47,806 nt of DNA. It comes from Nocardioidaceae bacterium (GTDB lineage Bacteria; Actinomycetota; Actinomycetes; Propionibacteriales; Nocardioidaceae). Shown here one piece after another: positions 45,285 through 47,806 of the stretch. The stretch spans positions 1 to 47,806 of the forward strand of contig JAJUGK010000001.1 of assembly GCA_029268205.1 (NCBI GenBank), written 5' to 3'. Position 1 is the first letter of the stretch. Each line of letters starts with the position of its first letter. A program made the position numbers and the translations under genes. The notes beneath the pieces were generated by a model. The model was not told the DNA's origin. It saw nothing but the letters and a program-made list of their open reading frames with translations, and did no database searches.

Positions 45285-46411
45285 GTGCACCCCCGACCCC
45301 CCGCACGGCGCCGATCCCGGCGCCGGCCCCTTCGATCGCCCGCAACACACCGGCTGCGCTCCCCCGGCGCCGCGGCGTCGGGCTCCTGCTCGTCGTGCTC
45401 GGGGTCGGGCTGGTCGCACTCGCGCTCATCGCCGCCGGCCGCGGCCAGCTGGCCATCGCCCCGGCCGAGGTGCTCGGGTCGGTGCTGGACCGGATCGGAC
45501 TCGGTGGCATCGGCGGCCTGCCCGCAACGCCCGAGCACCCCAGCGGCGAGGTCGCCCTGTGGTCGATCCGGTTCCCACGGGTCGCCATGGCCGCGCTGGT
45601 CGGAGCATCGTTGGCCGCTGCCGGCGCGCTCATGCAGGGCGTCTTCGGCAACCCGCTGGCCGAACCCAGCGTCGACGGTGTCAGCGCGGGTGCCGCCGTC
45701 GCCGCCGCCGCGGCGATCGTGACCGGCGTGGAGGCGTTCGGGCCGTGGACGGTGGCCGTCGCCGCCTTCCTCGGCGGACTCGTGACCACGCTGCTGGTCT
45801 ACGCCCTGAGCCGCTACGAGGGCCGCACCGAGGTGGTGACCCTCCTGCTCACCGGCATCGCCGTCAACGCGGTGTGTTCGGGACTGCTCGCACTGCTGAT
45901 GTTCCTCGGCGACACCCAGTCCCGGGAGCAGATCGTCTTCTGGCAGCTCGGCTCGCTCAACGGCACCCGCTGGGTCTACGTCGCGGCGGTCGCGCCGGCG
46001 GCGATCGTCGGCCTGCTCGGTGCGGTGGCCCTCGCGCGGCGCCTCGACCTGCTGGCACTCGGCGACCGCTCCGCGCGGCACCTGGGCGTCAACACCGAGC
46101 GCACGCGCATCCTGATCATCGTGCTGGTCGCGCTGCTGACCGCGGCCGCGGTCTCCTTCGCCGGCATCATCGGCTTCGTCGGTCTGATCGTGCCGCACCT
46201 CGTTCGCATGCTCGTGGGCCCCTCGCACCGGGTGCTGGTGATCGCCAGTGCGCTCGGCGGTGCCGTACTCCTGGTGCTCGCCGACCTGGTCGCACGCACC
46301 GCGGTGGCGTACGCCGACCTCCCCATCGGGATGCTCACCGCTCTCGTCGGTGGTCCGGTGTTCTTCTGGTTGCTGCGTCGCGCCCGCGCGCAGGCTGGAG
46401 CCTGGGCATGA
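45281..46411 (+). CDS. hmuU: Heme ABC transporter permease (FecCD family)
   Basis: IRFPRV, QGVFGNPLAEP, FWQLGSL, GIIGFVGLIVPH, LPIG.LTALVG.P.F. Confidence 0.9.
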   Translation: MSAPPTPRTAPIPAPAPSIARNTPAALPRRRGVGLLLVVLGVGLVALALIAAGRGQLAIAPAEVLGSVLDRIGLGGIGGLPATPEHPSGEVALWSIRFPRVAMAALVGASLAAAGALMQGVFGNPLAEPSVDGVSAGAAVAAAAAIVTGVEAFGPWTVAVAAFLGGLVTTLLVYALSRYEGRTEVVTLLLTGIAVNAVCSGLLALLMFLGDTQSREQIVFWQLGSLNGTRWVYVAAVAPAAIVGLLGAVALARRLDLLALGDRSARHLGVNTERTRILIIVLVALLTAAAVSFAGIIGFVGLIVPHLVRMLVGPSHRVLVIASALGGAVLLVLADLVARTAVAYADLPIGMLTALVGGPVFFWLLRRARAQAGAWA

Positions 46412-47226
46412 CCGCGGCCGGGCTCGTGGGCGTCGCCGCGCTCGAGGCCCGCGGCGTCGTCGTGCGCCGCGGCGGTCGCGCGGTCGTCGACCGGGTCGAT
46501 CTCGCGGTGCACGCCGGCACCGTCACGGCCCTCGTGGGACCCAACGGAGCCGGCAAGTCGACGCTGCTGTCGGTGCTCGCCGGCGACGTCCGGCCCGATG
46601 CCGGCGAGGTGGTGGTCGACGGCCGTCCGCTCGGCGACTGGAAGTCCGGCGACCTGGCCCGCACCCGCGCCATGCTCCCCCAGGAGCATCGCGTCGCGTT
46701 CGGGTTCCGCGTCGCCGAGGTCGTCGAGCTCGGTCGCGCTCCGTGGCGCGGACGTCCCGAGGAGGACCACGACGAGGCCGTTGTCCTCGAGGCGATGGCC
46801 AGCACCGACGTCGGCCACCTCGCCGCCCGGACCTTCCCGACGCTCTCCGGCGGGGAGAAGGCGCGCACCGCGCTCGCCCGCACCCGCGCCCAGGCGACCC
46901 GGATCGTGCTGCTCGACGAGCCGACGGCGGCCCTCGACGTCGGGCACCAGGAGGCGATCATGGAGGAGGTGCGCCAGGAGGCCGCCGAGGGCGACGCCGT
47001 CGTCGTGGTGCTCCACGACCTCAGCCTCGCAGCTGCGTACGCCGACCGGGTCGTCGTGCTCGACGAGGGCCGGGTACGCGCCGACGGCCCGCCCGCGCAG
47101 GCGCTCGACGCCGACCTGCTCAGCGCGGTCTACCGCCACCCGCTCGATGTGCTCCCCCATCCCCACACCGGCGCGCTGTTGATCGTGCCGCGCCGTTCCC
47201 AGGTCAGCTCGGAGGTCCTCCCGTGA
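46408..47226 (+). CDS. hmuV: Heme ABC transporter ATP-binding protein
   Basis: GPNGAGKST, TLSGGEKAR, LDEPTAALD..HQE, VLHDL.LAAAYAD. Confidence 0.9.
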   Translation: MTAAGLVGVAALEARGVVVRRGGRAVVDRVDLAVHAGTVTALVGPNGAGKSTLLSVLAGDVRPDAGEVVVDGRPLGDWKSGDLARTRAMLPQEHRVAFGFRVAEVVELGRAPWRGRPEEDHDEAVVLEAMASTDVGHLAARTFPTLSGGEKARTALARTRAQATRIVLLDEPTAALDVGHQEAIMEEVRQEAAEGDAVVVVLHDLSLAAAYADRVVVLDEGRVRADGPPAQALDADLLSAVYRHPLDVLPHPHTGALLIVPRRSQVSSEVLP

Positions 47227-47806
47227 TCCGCAGGGTGCTCGCCGTCTCGGCACTCGTGCTCGCCGGCACGTTCGGTACGAGTGCTCCCGCGCTCGCCGCC
47301 GCGTCGGTCACCGTGTCGGGTCCCGACGGCGCGGCCGCCGTACCGACCGCCGGCGGCACGGTCACGGTCACCGGCCGCGGCTTCACCTCGGTGAAGGCCG
47401 GCTTCGGCGGGATCTACGTCGCCTTCGGCTGGGTCGACGACGCCGCCGGCGGATCGTGGCGACCCAGCCGCGGGGGGATCACCGGTCAGGACTACCGCTA
47501 CATCCCCGACTCCGAGAGCCGGGACAACGCCGGGCGGCTGCGCTATGTCGCATTCCCCGGCAGCTCGACCGCCGCCGAGGCCAACGGCGGCAGCCTCACC
47601 GAGGACGGCCGTTTCCGCGTCCAGCTGTCGATCCCCGGGCCGCGGTTCAGCGCCACCGACCGCAACGGGAGGACGGTCGAGGTCGACTGCACCACGGTGC
47701 AGTGCGGGGTCCTGACATTCGGGGCTCACGGCGTGGCGAACGCCGACAACGAGACCTTCACCCCGGTGCGATTCACCGCCGGCGCGACCCGCACCAGCGA
47801 CACCGA
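47223..47806 (+). CDS. Secreted hypothetical protein in hmu operon (partial, runs off window end)
   Basis: Not in ORF track. GTG overlaps hmuV stop; signal peptide MIRRVLAVSALVLAGTFGTSAPALA, then VTVTGRGF, GGIYV.FGW, DCTTVQCGVLTFGAHG, NETFTPVRF; frame open to the end. Confidence 0.85.
   Translation, partial: MIRRVLAVSALVLAGTFGTSAPALAAASVTVSGPDGAAAVPTAGGTVTVTGRGFTSVKAGFGGIYVAFGWVDDAAGGSWRPSRGGITGQDYRYIPDSESRDNAGRLRYVAFPGSSTAAEANGGSLTEDGRFRVQLSIPGPRFSATDRNGRTVEVDCTTVQCGVLTFGAHGVANADNETFTPVRFTAGATRTSDT

Overview
High-GC actinobacterial chromosome segment, Nocardioides-like by protein style (taxonomy inferred, not proven). It follows the conserved actinobacterial gene order prcB-pup-dop-arc-trmI-RecB-like nuclease ... 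metH-PAC2-mshC-SCO1664-DUF3090-phosphatase-uppP-AKR-DUF5703-M20 peptidase ... tRNA-Leu. Accessory blocks are a peptide ABC importer, a C50-carotenoid cluster (crtB-crtI-crtYe/Yf-crtEb facing a membrane protein plus glycosyltransferase), guaB1/nucleosidase, two acyl-CoA dehydrogenases, cobA/cysG, NfeD-SPFH-TauE, and a heme utilisation locus (heme oxygenase divergent from hmuTUV plus a secreted protein cut by the window end). I found no mobile element, CRISPR array or rRNA. Most genes are known families and I cannot show a new system from sequence alone. The best candidate is the heme locus: tandem TGAC-N5-GTCAT operators resembling the heme-sensing HrtR site sit beside tandem IdeR/DtxR boxes, and the operon includes an unannotated secreted protein that may be a hemophore. 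Other non-coding signals: a PafBC-type promoter on the Cas4-like nuclease, a 22-bp bidirectional promoter, several perfect palindromes and pervasive leaderless starts. Many start codons were re-picked from the ORF track using gene overlaps and -10 spacing.
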